Virus record (IMG/VR): IMGVR_UViG_3300036398_000516
Location: 3,387-67,386 of that record
DNA length: 64,000 bases
Strand: one strand, 5' to 3'
Source: a virus
In this document: piece by piece, positions 39,084 to 47,719 of the stretch
Layout of the letters: every line of letters begins with the position of its first letter
How positions within the stretch are numbered: the stretch's first letter is position 1
Notes under the pieces: generated by a model
The model's database searches: none
Seen by the model: the letters and a program-made list of their open reading frames with translations, nothing else
What the model was told of the DNA's origin: nothing
Translations under genes and position numbers: made by a program

Positions 39084-40945
39084 TATTGGTTTAATTTAGC
39101 TTCTAATTCTGCTATGCGTTTTTCTAATTGTGCTATTTTCAATGTATGTACATCTGAATAGTTAACCACTAATTTATCTTCTCCTGACACAGCGTCAGGT
39201 AAAATTTCTTGTACCTGTTGTGCAGAATATCCATATCTAATTTGGTTAGACTCTTCATCTGTACGAGTAAATTTAATTACTTGTATTCCTAATACATCAA
39301 TATTAGGATTTGTTTCTAATACATTTTTAAATCTGATATCTGAAGTTTCAAAGAATGAACCAGCATTTAACTGACTAGTGCTACTTATATAAACTGAAGG
39401 ATTAGCTGTTGCACTGTTTGATGTACCATTAGCTGTAAGAACAGCTCCTGATGTTGTAGGAGAAATAGAATTAAATCCTGCTCCATTAGCTCCACTAGTT
39501 CCAGAAGTTCCAGATGTACCTCCTGTACTAGCTCCTGAAGAACCAGATGTACCTGAAGTTCCCCCAGTGCTAGCTCCTGAAGAACCAGAAGTACCAGATG
39601 TACCACCTGTACTAGCTCCTGAAGACCCTGAGGTACCTGAAGTTCCTCCAGTACTTTGACCTGAAGACCCTGAGGTACCAGATGTACCACCTGTACTTTG
39701 ACCTGAAGATCCACTGGTTCCTGTTGTACCGCTAGAACCTGAAGACCCACTGGTTCCAGTTGTTCCTGAAGTACCTGTTGTACCAGACGTACCAGTAGTT
39801 CCAGATGTGCCTGATGTACCACTAGTACCAGAGGTTCCACTCGTGCCGCTTGTACCAGATGTACCACTAGTACCTGATGTGCCTGATGTGCCAGTGGTAC
39901 CGCTAGAACCAGCTGTTCCAGATGTTCCTGAACTACCAGCAGCACCTACAGGAACTATCATGAATGTTTCACCACTTACAGGATTTGTACCCTGAGCTGC
40001 AGTTTGAGTAACTATAAATCTTTCAAAACCCACTTCAAAAGGAGAAGTGGATACAATTTCTAATATTTTAAATCTAGAAGAATCAACTGTACTAACTAGC
40101 TTAAGTGCTGAGAAAGGGTTCAGTGCATCTAGATATGCTGAGAAGTCAGCACTAGGACTATATGATAAATCACTGATTGCAATTTGAGAAGCAGATGCTA
40201 ACCAACTTGCATCATTTAAAGTGAAATATGTAACACCAGGGTTAACGTTTGTATTTGTACTAGGATTAAATCTCCATTGTGCAAGACCTCCTTCAAAACC
40301 TGATGTACCAGAAGTTCCAGTCGTTCCTGAAGTTCCAGTGGTTCCTGAACTACCAGAGGTGCCATCTATTCCAGAAGTTCCAGCTGAGCCAGAAGTTCCA
40401 TCTACAGCACTTGTACCAGAGGTTCCATCTATACCAGATGTTCCTGAAGAACCATCAGTTCCTGAACTTCCTGTAAGACCACTTGTACCATTTGCACCAC
40501 TGGTTCCATTAATACCACTAGTTCCATCAGCACCTCTTGCACCAGATGTTCCACTGGTTCCTGAAGCACCGTTTGTACCACTTATACCAGAAGTACCAGA
40601 AGTTCCATTACCACCAGAAGTACCATTGGCACCAGATGTTCCAGATGAACCAGCAGCTCCTGAAGTTCCGTTAGCACCAGAAGTTCCTGATGTACCACTA
40701 GTTCCACGAGTGCCAGAAGAACCAGACGTACCAGAAGTACCTGTTCCTCCACCACCTGTACCAATAGAATCATCTATTTTTGATAGTGCACAGTCTAGAT
40801 TATCTCCAGTGTGAATTCCTGTATTAGGTAAGTTAGGTCCATTATATATAACATGATCTGCTGTTGTCTCACAAGGAGAGCATCCAGAAGTTTGATTAGG
40901 ATGATAATAAGCGTCATAGCAAGGTGTACCAGGTAAACAAGACAT
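39083..40945 (-). CDS. Tail fiber protein with two collagen-like (G-X-Y) repeat blocks and a C-terminal peptidase-S74-type intramolecular chaperone domain (620 aa)
   Basis: There are long (GTS/GSS/GAN) triplet repeats with Gly at every third residue. The C-terminal ~90 aa contains SDIRFKNV, matching the SD-R-K Ser/Lys dyad of autoproteolytic tail-fiber or endosialidase chaperone domains, and ends in a coiled-coil (LEKRIAELEAKLNQ). Confidence 0.7.
   Translation of the reverse strand: MSCLPGTPCYDAYYHPNQTSGCSPCETTADHVIYNGPNLPNTGIHTGDNLDCALSKIDDSIGTGGGGTGTSGTSGSSGTRGTSGTSGTSGANGTSGAAGSSGTSGANGTSGGNGTSGTSGISGTNGASGTSGTSGARGADGTSGINGTSGANGTSGLTGSSGTDGSSGTSGIDGTSGTSAVDGTSGSAGTSGIDGTSGSSGTTGTSGTTGTSGTSGFEGGLAQWRFNPSTNTNVNPGVTYFTLNDASWLASASQIAISDLSYSPSADFSAYLDALNPFSALKLVSTVDSSRFKILEIVSTSPFEVGFERFIVTQTAAQGTNPVSGETFMIVPVGAAGSSGTSGTAGSSGTTGTSGTSGTSGTSGTSGTSGTSGTSGTSGTSGTTGTSGTTGTSGTTGTSGSSGSSGTTGTSGSSGQSTGGTSGTSGSSGQSTGGTSGTSGSSGASTGGTSGTSGSSGASTGGTSGTSGSSGASTGGTSGTSGTSGANGAGFNSISPTTSGAVLTANGTSNSATANPSVYISSTSQLNAGSFFETSDIRFKNVLETNPNIDVLGIQVIKFTRTDEESNQIRYGYSAQQVQEILPDAVSGEDKLVVNYSDVHTLKIAQLEKRIAELEAKLNQ
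39475..39958 (-). repeat. Collagen-like GXY triplet-repeat coding block 2
   Basis: Same triplet periodicity, (SGTSGT)n and SSGQSTGGTSGTSG units. Spurious overlapping ORFs lie at 39385-39945 and 39807-39995. Confidence 0.7.
40321..40762 (-). repeat. Collagen-like GXY triplet-repeat coding block 1 (low-complexity DNA)
   Basis: Repeated ggtac(c/t)agaagttcc-type units encode G-T-S / G-S-S / G-A-N triplets. They generate spurious ORFs in other frames. Confidence 0.7.
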
Positions 40946-40964
40946 TTATAGTTGATTTAGAATA

Positions 40965-42068
40965 TTAAGGAATATACATGATGTAATAAGAAGCAATTAC
41001 AGGTTGAATGTTTGGATGACCTTGATTACTACCAGTGTTTGTGTTGCTTACATTTACAGTTGTTGCTACAGTGATACCTGTTGTAGAAGTAGTAGTTTGA
41101 TTATTTTGTGGTATATTTTTAGATAAACCTATACTTCCACTTGCTCCACCAAAATCATTTTGTCTTCCTGCAAAGTGACTATGTCCAGGATCTGTTACAA
41201 TAGATGTAGCACTTGCTGTTGCACCATGTGTATGACTAGGAAGTTGATTAACATTTATAGCCACTGTGTTTGCACCAGCAATATCTTCAAGATCATAATT
41301 TGGATTACCAGCATAAACAGGATCTACAGCAGCGTTTAATGGACCACCAGGAACATTAAGAATAGCTCCTACACCAACTCTACCTCTTTTATCAGGAGTG
41401 CCGTTAGAGCCATTACATAAATAGATTTTATCCCATCCTAATGTTCCTATACCAGCACCTGTACCATCAAAGTTTGTAAGAGGACCGTAGTATTCAACCA
41501 CTGTAAAAGGAACCATCTTTAAATAGTTCTGATTTACATTACCTGATTGACTAGCTATGTAAGCAGCTATTAATGAATCTAATTCAGATAGTTTTACATA
41601 GTTTGTACTTACATCTAAATCTAATGCTGCTAGATCTGCCACTACAACACAAAGTCTTGTAATAACAGCTTGTAAGATAGCATGTGTGTCAGAAGAGGCT
41701 GTTACACCTGTAAGACAACCTATTGTATAATCTGCATTTAATACAGCAATATCAGCAGCAACTGCAGTCACCTGAGCTTGTAAACTACAAACAGATTTAA
41801 CTAATGCTGTGAATAATTGAGTAGAATTAGGAGAAGTGATTCCTATTAAGAATCCATTTATAAGAGCACACTTATCACCAGAAGCAATAGTTATAACATC
41901 ACCTGTACCAGTTAATAACGGAACAAGTTTAGTTGTAATCATTTCTTCTACATGAAGTAATGTATCTCCTGTAGTAATATTTAGAGCAGGAATAGTTGGA
42001 CCTGTATATCTAACACATTGGTCAGATACAGTCTCAACACATCCATTAAAACAACTTGTACAAGACAT
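40965..42068 (-). CDS. Tail fiber protein with phage tail-collar (MdpB-like) domain (367 aa)
   Basis: The C-terminal half contains FDGTGAGIGTLGWDKIYLCNGSNGTPDKRGRVGVGA ... QLPSHTHG ... GHSHF ... GHPNIQPVIASYYIMY. This matches the LPDLRGR ... P.H.H pattern of the tail-collar domain. Confidence 0.65.
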   Translation of the reverse strand: MSCTSCFNGCVETVSDQCVRYTGPTIPALNITTGDTLLHVEEMITTKLVPLLTGTGDVITIASGDKCALINGFLIGITSPNSTQLFTALVKSVCSLQAQVTAVAADIAVLNADYTIGCLTGVTASSDTHAILQAVITRLCVVVADLAALDLDVSTNYVKLSELDSLIAAYIASQSGNVNQNYLKMVPFTVVEYYGPLTNFDGTGAGIGTLGWDKIYLCNGSNGTPDKRGRVGVGAILNVPGGPLNAAVDPVYAGNPNYDLEDIAGANTVAINVNQLPSHTHGATASATSIVTDPGHSHFAGRQNDFGGASGSIGLSKNIPQNNQTTTSTTGITVATTVNVSNTNTGSNQGHPNIQPVIASYYIMYIP

Positions 42069-42076
42069 TTTATAAT

Positions 42077-42343
42077 TTATTTATTAATTAACACTATTAC
42101 TCTGCTTGCAATCATATCCACTGTAAAAGGTGCACAGTATTCTGGATTACAAAGTTTGTAAGTTAATATTTGTTTATAGTGTAGTAAGTCACCAATTACC
42201 TGTCCTGGAATAAAATAATTCAAGGAGTATACAATATTATTATACTGATCATTAGCTAACGCAGTTAGTCTAAGATCAATATCAGTTAATAGTGCAGGTA
42301 TGCTAGCACACTCAATACAATCCGTTAATCTTGGTGATAACAT
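42077..42343 (-). CDS. Hypothetical protein (88 aa)
   Basis: ORF in the late operon. Confidence 0.4.
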   Translation of the reverse strand: MLSPRLTDCIECASIPALLTDIDLRLTALANDQYNNIVYSLNYFIPGQVIGDLLHYKQILTYKLCNPEYCAPFTVDMIASRVIVLINK

Positions 42344-42453
42344 TTCTTATTCTTTGATTAATTTGTTTCAACTTGTTATTACATGCTGAACACAAGCCAT
42401 TAATTAATTGACATCCGCAACCTACTTTAAGGCCACAATCTCTACAGTTTGCC
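42316..42453 (-). CDS. Small Cys-rich (zinc-ribbon-like) ORF, ~45 aa, not in the ORF track
   Basis: By-eye translation gives MANCRDCGLKVGCGCQLINGLCSACNNKLKQINQRIRNVITKINGLY. It fills the gap between the 186-aa and 88-aa genes. Its C-x2-C ... C-x-C ... C-x2-C spacing is zinc-ribbon-like. Confidence 0.3.
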
Positions 42454-42456
42454 ATA

Positions 42457-43017
42457 TCAATAGAAGTTATTTATATAGTTGTTTCCAGAACAACCACAGT
42501 TGTTCCTAATAAAATTATCTAATTGTCTATCTGCCTGTACATATAATTTGTTAGCTGTATCTATTGCACAGTTATTAGCAGCAGCAATAGAGCCTTGAAT
42601 CATATAATATATACTATTTAGATTCACTTTTGCTTGTGTTCTAATCGCACTATCACATTCCATCATATCAAGCTTCATGAAAGCATTGTCAAATTTTTCT
42701 TGAATTCTTTCAGTACGCATTATGTTCTTTTCTACAAAATTTAAATATGCAGGAGCAACAGAATATTTCATATAGTATACACCATCTGGAAGAGGTTGCA
42801 TACCTCCTGCAAGATTATTAAGTCCTAATATAATAGAATTATAAACATTAAAATCTTGAGGTATAAAAGGAATAGACACAGGAACAGTATATCCAGGAAT
42901 AGTAATCTCCATAGTTGGAGCAACAACATTAGGGGGCTGTGTATCATAAACTGATATATCAGCAACACCTAGTGTTTTTGTATTGAAAGTATTTATTACT
43001 AAAAAATCTAGAGTCAT
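42457..43017 (-). CDS. Hypothetical structural protein (186 aa)
   Basis: ORF; first gene after the terminator hairpin at 43033-43072. Confidence 0.45.
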   Translation of the reverse strand: MTLDFLVINTFNTKTLGVADISVYDTQPPNVVAPTMEITIPGYTVPVSIPFIPQDFNVYNSIILGLNNLAGGMQPLPDGVYYMKYSVAPAYLNFVEKNIMRTERIQEKFDNAFMKLDMMECDSAIRTQAKVNLNSIYYMIQGSIAAANNCAIDTANKLYVQADRQLDNFIRNNCGCSGNNYINNFY

Positions 43018-43022
43018 GTCTT

Positions 43023-43072
43023 TAAAATAAAAATGCCAGAGGACTTGAGATTATCCTCTCACCCTCTGGCAT
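43023..43072 (-). terminator. Rho-independent terminator for minus-strand transcript downstream of the 379-aa gene
   Basis: A perfect 10-bp inverted repeat, atgccagagg ... cctctggcat, is preceded on the plus strand by aaaataaaaa. On the minus strand this reads as a hairpin followed by a U-run. Confidence 0.6.
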
Positions 43073-43098
43073 AGGTTAATATGATTCTACTTTTATTC

Positions 43099-44238
43099 TT
43101 AAGGAATCAAAGTAGTTGTTGTTGAAGTACTAGGCCAAATAGTAGTTGTAGTACTAGTTGTAGAAGTGATATCACCACTTTCATCAGACACAAGACCCAA
43201 AGCAGCCTCTAATACATCTAAGATGTCTTGAGTTAACGCTTGTGGAGCAGCAATGATTACTTGAGAATCTTCAATGATATAATCACCCCACTTGTAAGCA
43301 GATTTGTCATACTCATTAAACTTGATATACAAAGTATCGTAAGTAGTACCATCAGTTACCCAAGACTCAAAGTTCTCGTTGTAACCAACCATTCTGTACA
43401 AATGCTTCAAATAACCAGCTTGGTAGCTATAGAAGTTTTTCTCTAATTGTTGAATCTCTGCAGAAGTACCAGAAACATAAGAACTACGTTGAGTAATTAC
43501 AGCTTGAGCTACTTGGTTACAAGGATCAGCAACAATGAAGTCAGCAGTTGTAGCTGGACCAGAGAAGATGAATGTACGGAAGTACATACGGTCATACTCC
43601 CAAGGGAATGCAGCCACATCACATGGTTGTCCATAGATAGTCAAAGGCTTACCGCTGATAACTAACTTAGCATTCTGATCATTACCAACTCTTTGGAATT
43701 GATAGAAAGTGTCAAAGCTAATGTTGTCAGGGTTGTTACCTGGAGCTTTTTGACGTAACTTGATGATTAATTCATCAATTAAAGCAGGTACATCAACATC
43801 AGTACAAGGATCTTCACCACATGCTAAACATGGAGCGTTTACTGTTACTGAACGTGTGAAGCCATTGAAATACAATGTGTCAATGTAGCTAGAGAATGCA
43901 CGTAATGTTAAAGTTACAATTTCACCTGGTTTTACAGTGAAATCACCAACTTCTGTTACTTGGTTAGCAGCAACTGGATTACCTGTAACTTTGTACCATT
44001 CAGATACATTGTTTGCAGAAATCTTGTCAGAACGCTTAGAACCTTGTAAATACGTGTTTACTCTACCTTGAGCTAAATAGAAATAAGGAGCAGCTGCAAT
44101 GTTACCTACAGTTGCAACAGCATAGTTATTGGTATAAATACCAAACTGACCAGCTGTTAAGTCTTGTGTTGATCCAGAGCTAGGTAATGAATTTCCTACT
44201 GGTACAACAAAGAGGGTGGTTAATGAAAAATCCGCCAT
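43099..44238 (-). CDS. Abundant structural protein (379 aa), candidate major tail/tube or second major capsid component; Thr/Ser-rich C-terminus
   Basis: ORF immediately followed by a strong terminator, which suggests high expression. The C-terminus is TSTTSTTTTIWPSTSTTTTLIP. Confidence 0.45.
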   Translation of the reverse strand: MADFSLTTLFVVPVGNSLPSSGSTQDLTAGQFGIYTNNYAVATVGNIAAAPYFYLAQGRVNTYLQGSKRSDKISANNVSEWYKVTGNPVAANQVTEVGDFTVKPGEIVTLTLRAFSSYIDTLYFNGFTRSVTVNAPCLACGEDPCTDVDVPALIDELIIKLRQKAPGNNPDNISFDTFYQFQRVGNDQNAKLVISGKPLTIYGQPCDVAAFPWEYDRMYFRTFIFSGPATTADFIVADPCNQVAQAVITQRSSYVSGTSAEIQQLEKNFYSYQAGYLKHLYRMVGYNENFESWVTDGTTYDTLYIKFNEYDKSAYKWGDYIIEDSQVIIAAPQALTQDILDVLEAALGLVSDESGDITSTTSTTTTIWPSTSTTTTLIP

Positions 44239-44264
44239 TTTGTTTTATTTTAAATTATGAAAAA

Positions 44265-44996
44265 TTACTCGTTTGTTTGAATCCTCATCTGAGCTGTTTG
44301 AACTGCAGACATGTTTTCTGTGTACATTGCTAAATTTTGAACTGTTAAATCTACTAATTCATCTTCTAAGTATAATTCAAGTTCGCAATCTTGGTTGATT
44401 GATGGTTGTCCATCAAAGTCAGTATACCCTACTGAATCAATATACACTGGGTATCTCATATAAGAGATGTATATTTTACTTGGTGTAAATGTACCATCTG
44501 TAAATATAGAAATCTCATCTGAAGATAGTAAGTTAAAAGTCTCTTGATATTCAAAAGAAGGTCTATAATGAGTGTTGTTTAAAAGCACAGATAAATCACC
44601 ATGCTTTGCCAAATCCTTATTAATCCATATCTTTCTATCAGTACATCTTCCTTTATTAGCCAAAACATATGAGTCTACATAGAACATATATTTAGGAACT
44701 AATAAATCTAAATTAGCAGACCATTGATTTAACTCTGCGTCTTTTATAGCTAGAGATAGATCACCATCAACGTAATTCACTATCAATCTTTGTAGGTCTT
44801 CGTAACGCTTTTTAAAAGAGTCAAGGCCCATACCTGAAACTGTACTAAACCCATCAACCTTTTGCTTTATAAGCTTTATCTGAGCTTCATTTAAAGCTAA
44901 AATTTTGTCTTCTAGGTTAATTTGTTGATGCTCGTTAGTTGATAGTTTATTTAGTTTCTGGTCTATCTTATATAATAAACTATCTACAGGGATCAT
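44265..44996 (-). CDS. Hypothetical head-tail connector/adaptor-type protein (243 aa)
   Basis: ORF between the capsid genes and the abundant structural protein. No recognisable motifs. Confidence 0.35.
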   Translation of the reverse strand: MIPVDSLLYKIDQKLNKLSTNEHQQINLEDKILALNEAQIKLIKQKVDGFSTVSGMGLDSFKKRYEDLQRLIVNYVDGDLSLAIKDAELNQWSANLDLLVPKYMFYVDSYVLANKGRCTDRKIWINKDLAKHGDLSVLLNNTHYRPSFEYQETFNLLSSDEISIFTDGTFTPSKIYISYMRYPVYIDSVGYTDFDGQPSINQDCELELYLEDELVDLTVQNLAMYTENMSAVQTAQMRIQTNE

Positions 44997-45961
44997 ACAG
45001 AGGCTAGTTTTTTAAGTTTCAATTTTTGTTCCAAAGTGATCAATGCATCTTGATTATCTTCATCTGCTAAGAATCTGATTAAATCATCTTCATCTTTTGC
45101 AATAGCATGTTCACCTTCATATACTTTGTCATTTGCTTTTATTCTATAAATAGAATGTGCAACTGCTTGTTTTACTAAATCTTTAATATGGAGTAAGTTT
45201 TCACTCATGTCTGCAAATCTGTTAAACACTTCTACAGGATTTAAACCAGCGTGTTTACCATTTTTGAATTCAGTTTGTTTTAATAGGTTGTCTACTTGGT
45301 TATATACAGACTCTTCTTTAGAATCTTCACTAACTGGTAAACCTAATAATCTTGCTACCTTACGTTTCTTTTCAGGAGTCATTGCATCAAACTTAACAAT
45401 AGCCTTGTTGATCAATTGTTTTTTCTTGAAAATCACTTGGTTTTCAATCTCATCATCAGCAACATAAAATTGTATATCTGCTGCATATTCACCACGCTCC
45501 CATGCTTGATAGCTAGAAGCAATTGTTGGATGAACTCTTAACCATGCAAAAGCTAACTCTTGAGATGGATTACTAAAATCAAAGAAGTTATCACCATCCA
45601 TTAACTTAACAGCTTGTACATGTAGCACATCATCTGTAGATGTAGACAATCCATAGTTCCAAAATTTAGAACGAGGACCTAAGTCAATATCACCCATAGC
45701 AGCTTCAAGTTTAGCTTTCAATGCTGTAACTCTTTCAACTTCTAACTCTCTTTCAAGATTATCACTAATGCGTCTAATGTAAGCAGCATTTGGATCAAGA
45801 CCTGTTCTGTACTGTCCATCAAGTTCTTTATAAGGATACTTGAAAACACCTGTACCAGGAATTCTTGTTAAGCCTTTCTGTGCAAGACCAGCCTGCATCG
45901 TTTGTAACTGAGAATTGTTATACTCTTTTTTTAACGTAGAGATTTTTCCTATCTTACCCAT
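44993..45961 (-). CDS. Hypothetical structural protein (322 aa)
   Basis: ORF overlapping the downstream gene by 4 nt. Confidence 0.4.
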   Translation of the reverse strand: MGKIGKISTLKKEYNNSQLQTMQAGLAQKGLTRIPGTGVFKYPYKELDGQYRTGLDPNAAYIRRISDNLERELEVERVTALKAKLEAAMGDIDLGPRSKFWNYGLSTSTDDVLHVQAVKLMDGDNFFDFSNPSQELAFAWLRVHPTIASSYQAWERGEYAADIQFYVADDEIENQVIFKKKQLINKAIVKFDAMTPEKKRKVARLLGLPVSEDSKEESVYNQVDNLLKQTEFKNGKHAGLNPVEVFNRFADMSENLLHIKDLVKQAVAHSIYRIKANDKVYEGEHAIAKDEDDLIRFLADEDNQDALITLEQKLKLKKLASV

Positions 45962-46050
45962 ATGTAGTTGTTTTTTATTGGTTTATTTGCAGATGGTTCC
46001 CATTGAAGGGAATGCGGTGGGGCATGGAGCCCAAACCCATCCATCTGTGT

Positions 46051-46092
46051 AAGAAGATTCCCCCTCGTTGAGGGAGGGGGGAACATCTTCTC
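46051..46092 (-). terminator. Long GC-rich stem-loop downstream of the major capsid candidate (terminator/attenuator)
   Basis: The sequence aagaagattccccctcgttgagggaggggggaacatcttctc forms an extended imperfect hairpin (agaagat...atcttct outer stem, ccccctc/gagggagggg inner stem). A further small hairpin, ttcccattgaagggaa, lies at ~45990-46010. Confidence 0.45.
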
Positions 46093-46129
46093 TGTGTAGT
46101 TTTAAGGATTTTAACCCTTAACTCTTTTA

Positions 46130-47683
46130 TTAGAATTGAGGAATTTCTTCAATCAATACTGTTCTAGATAAATCTTCAATGAATACATCACAACGATCTT
46201 TCATCCAGATTTCGTATCCTGGGAATTTATTTGCAGAACTCATACCTTGAGACTTAGCAAAGCCTAAGTGGTGACGAGTACCATCAATATAACCCCAAGT
46301 CATAGAAGGAGCACCCTTCATACGTACTTCACGAATGTTGTTGATCATAGAACCATCAGACATTGGAGATACATCAAACACCATAAATACTGGAGTTGAC
46401 TTCTTATTCTGACCAAATTCTAAGTTTGTTTGAGGAAGATCTAATTCTTTCAAGTGGATCAATTCAACACGACCAGTCTCACGTGTAACCATTGCATCAA
46501 ATGCAAAGTTGTAAGTAATGTGTTGACCTTCTCCTTGTAAATATCTGTTACCAGAATCAGCCATGAAAGTTAAACCTGAATTCAATGCATCATTCTTTAA
46601 AGCTTGTTGGAACACGTCAAAACCAGCTTCGTTAGTGTACATTTTAACTCTACGATCCTTAACATCAACACGTCTGTAGAACAAGTCACCAAACACTGAA
46701 CGAATCAAGTTTGCAGTGAACTCACCGCGGTTGTATTGTACTAAGTTACCGTTGTTACGCATTCTGTGGTAAACACCAGCAGATGTACGCTTTAATTCTT
46801 GCTTAGAACCATTAGTCTTCACGGTACCAGGCTTAGCCCAGATCATACGCTTAACTTTCAATTCTAACATAGACTTACGCATCCAGAACTCAATAAATGG
46901 TTCCCATTTAACATCGTTACGAGTTAAAGGTAATTGGTTACGTCTTTGTGGAGCATATACTAAGATATCAAGAGGCTTACCAGAAGCATCACGCATCATT
47001 TTGTCATCAGCCCACTCAGTGATTTTGTGCTCATAACCATATGCAGAACCTAAAGATTCAAACATAGTGATTTGCTCACCTAAACGAGGAAGACCTAATA
47101 AGTCTTGGTCAAATTCACCAATTGCAGCATCAACTAATTCCAATTCAATACCAACTCTTAAGAAGTTAGGACTAACGAAATCTACAGTTGGATTGTCTGT
47201 AACTAAAGTGAAAGTGTATAAGTAACCCATGTTCCAGTTTACTGGATCTTTGATTACATAGAAACGAGGACCATACTGACGAGTACCTACAGATACAATT
47301 GCATTCTTAGAGAACTCATTAGTATCAATTACTAATTGGAACTCTTGACCATCAATACCTGGCTTGCTCAGCTCTAAAGTACTTGTTGGAATGTCAATGA
47401 TTTTTGGAAACTTGTAAGGAACTTGTACCTGCCACTTCCAAGCATCACTGTTGTTGTCAATATAGTAAGGAGTGCTCTTGTTAATCATGTCCAAGAAGTC
47501 ATTACTGTAAAGAGAGCTTTGAGTATACAAGCTTATGATTTTCTTATCATAATCTGCTGGCTCTGTAGAGTGAAAGCTTTCCAAGTGGTTAGCATCTGTT
47601 AATTTACCTACAGCACGCTTGTCCATAGAAGCTACTCTTGCGTAAGTAAAACCAGTTAAACCTGGAATTGTTTGAATTGCCAT
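46130..47683 (-). CDS. Major capsid protein candidate (517 aa)
   Basis: It lies directly downstream of the scaffold-like gene and upstream of a long stem-loop. Its size is compatible with HK97-fold major capsid proteins of large podoviruses. Confidence 0.5.
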   Translation of the reverse strand: MAIQTIPGLTGFTYARVASMDKRAVGKLTDANHLESFHSTEPADYDKKIISLYTQSSLYSNDFLDMINKSTPYYIDNNSDAWKWQVQVPYKFPKIIDIPTSTLELSKPGIDGQEFQLVIDTNEFSKNAIVSVGTRQYGPRFYVIKDPVNWNMGYLYTFTLVTDNPTVDFVSPNFLRVGIELELVDAAIGEFDQDLLGLPRLGEQITMFESLGSAYGYEHKITEWADDKMMRDASGKPLDILVYAPQRRNQLPLTRNDVKWEPFIEFWMRKSMLELKVKRMIWAKPGTVKTNGSKQELKRTSAGVYHRMRNNGNLVQYNRGEFTANLIRSVFGDLFYRRVDVKDRRVKMYTNEAGFDVFQQALKNDALNSGLTFMADSGNRYLQGEGQHITYNFAFDAMVTRETGRVELIHLKELDLPQTNLEFGQNKKSTPVFMVFDVSPMSDGSMINNIREVRMKGAPSMTWGYIDGTRHHLGFAKSQGMSSANKFPGYEIWMKDRCDVFIEDLSRTVLIEEIPQF

Positions 47684-47719
47684 TTTTTTATTTTTTTAAT
47701 TAATGTTTATTGAAATTGT

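Noticed and set aside
39385-40814. ORFs 39385-39945 (-), 39807-39995 (+), 40221-40814 (+), 40279-40476 (+), 40582-40773 (-): Pro/Val/Leu/Gln-rich 'proteins'
   Set aside because: They are alternative-frame or antisense readings of the collagen-like GXY repeat DNA inside the 620-aa fiber gene. Their periodic low-complexity sequences (PEVP, LVVH...) are artefacts of the triplet repeat.
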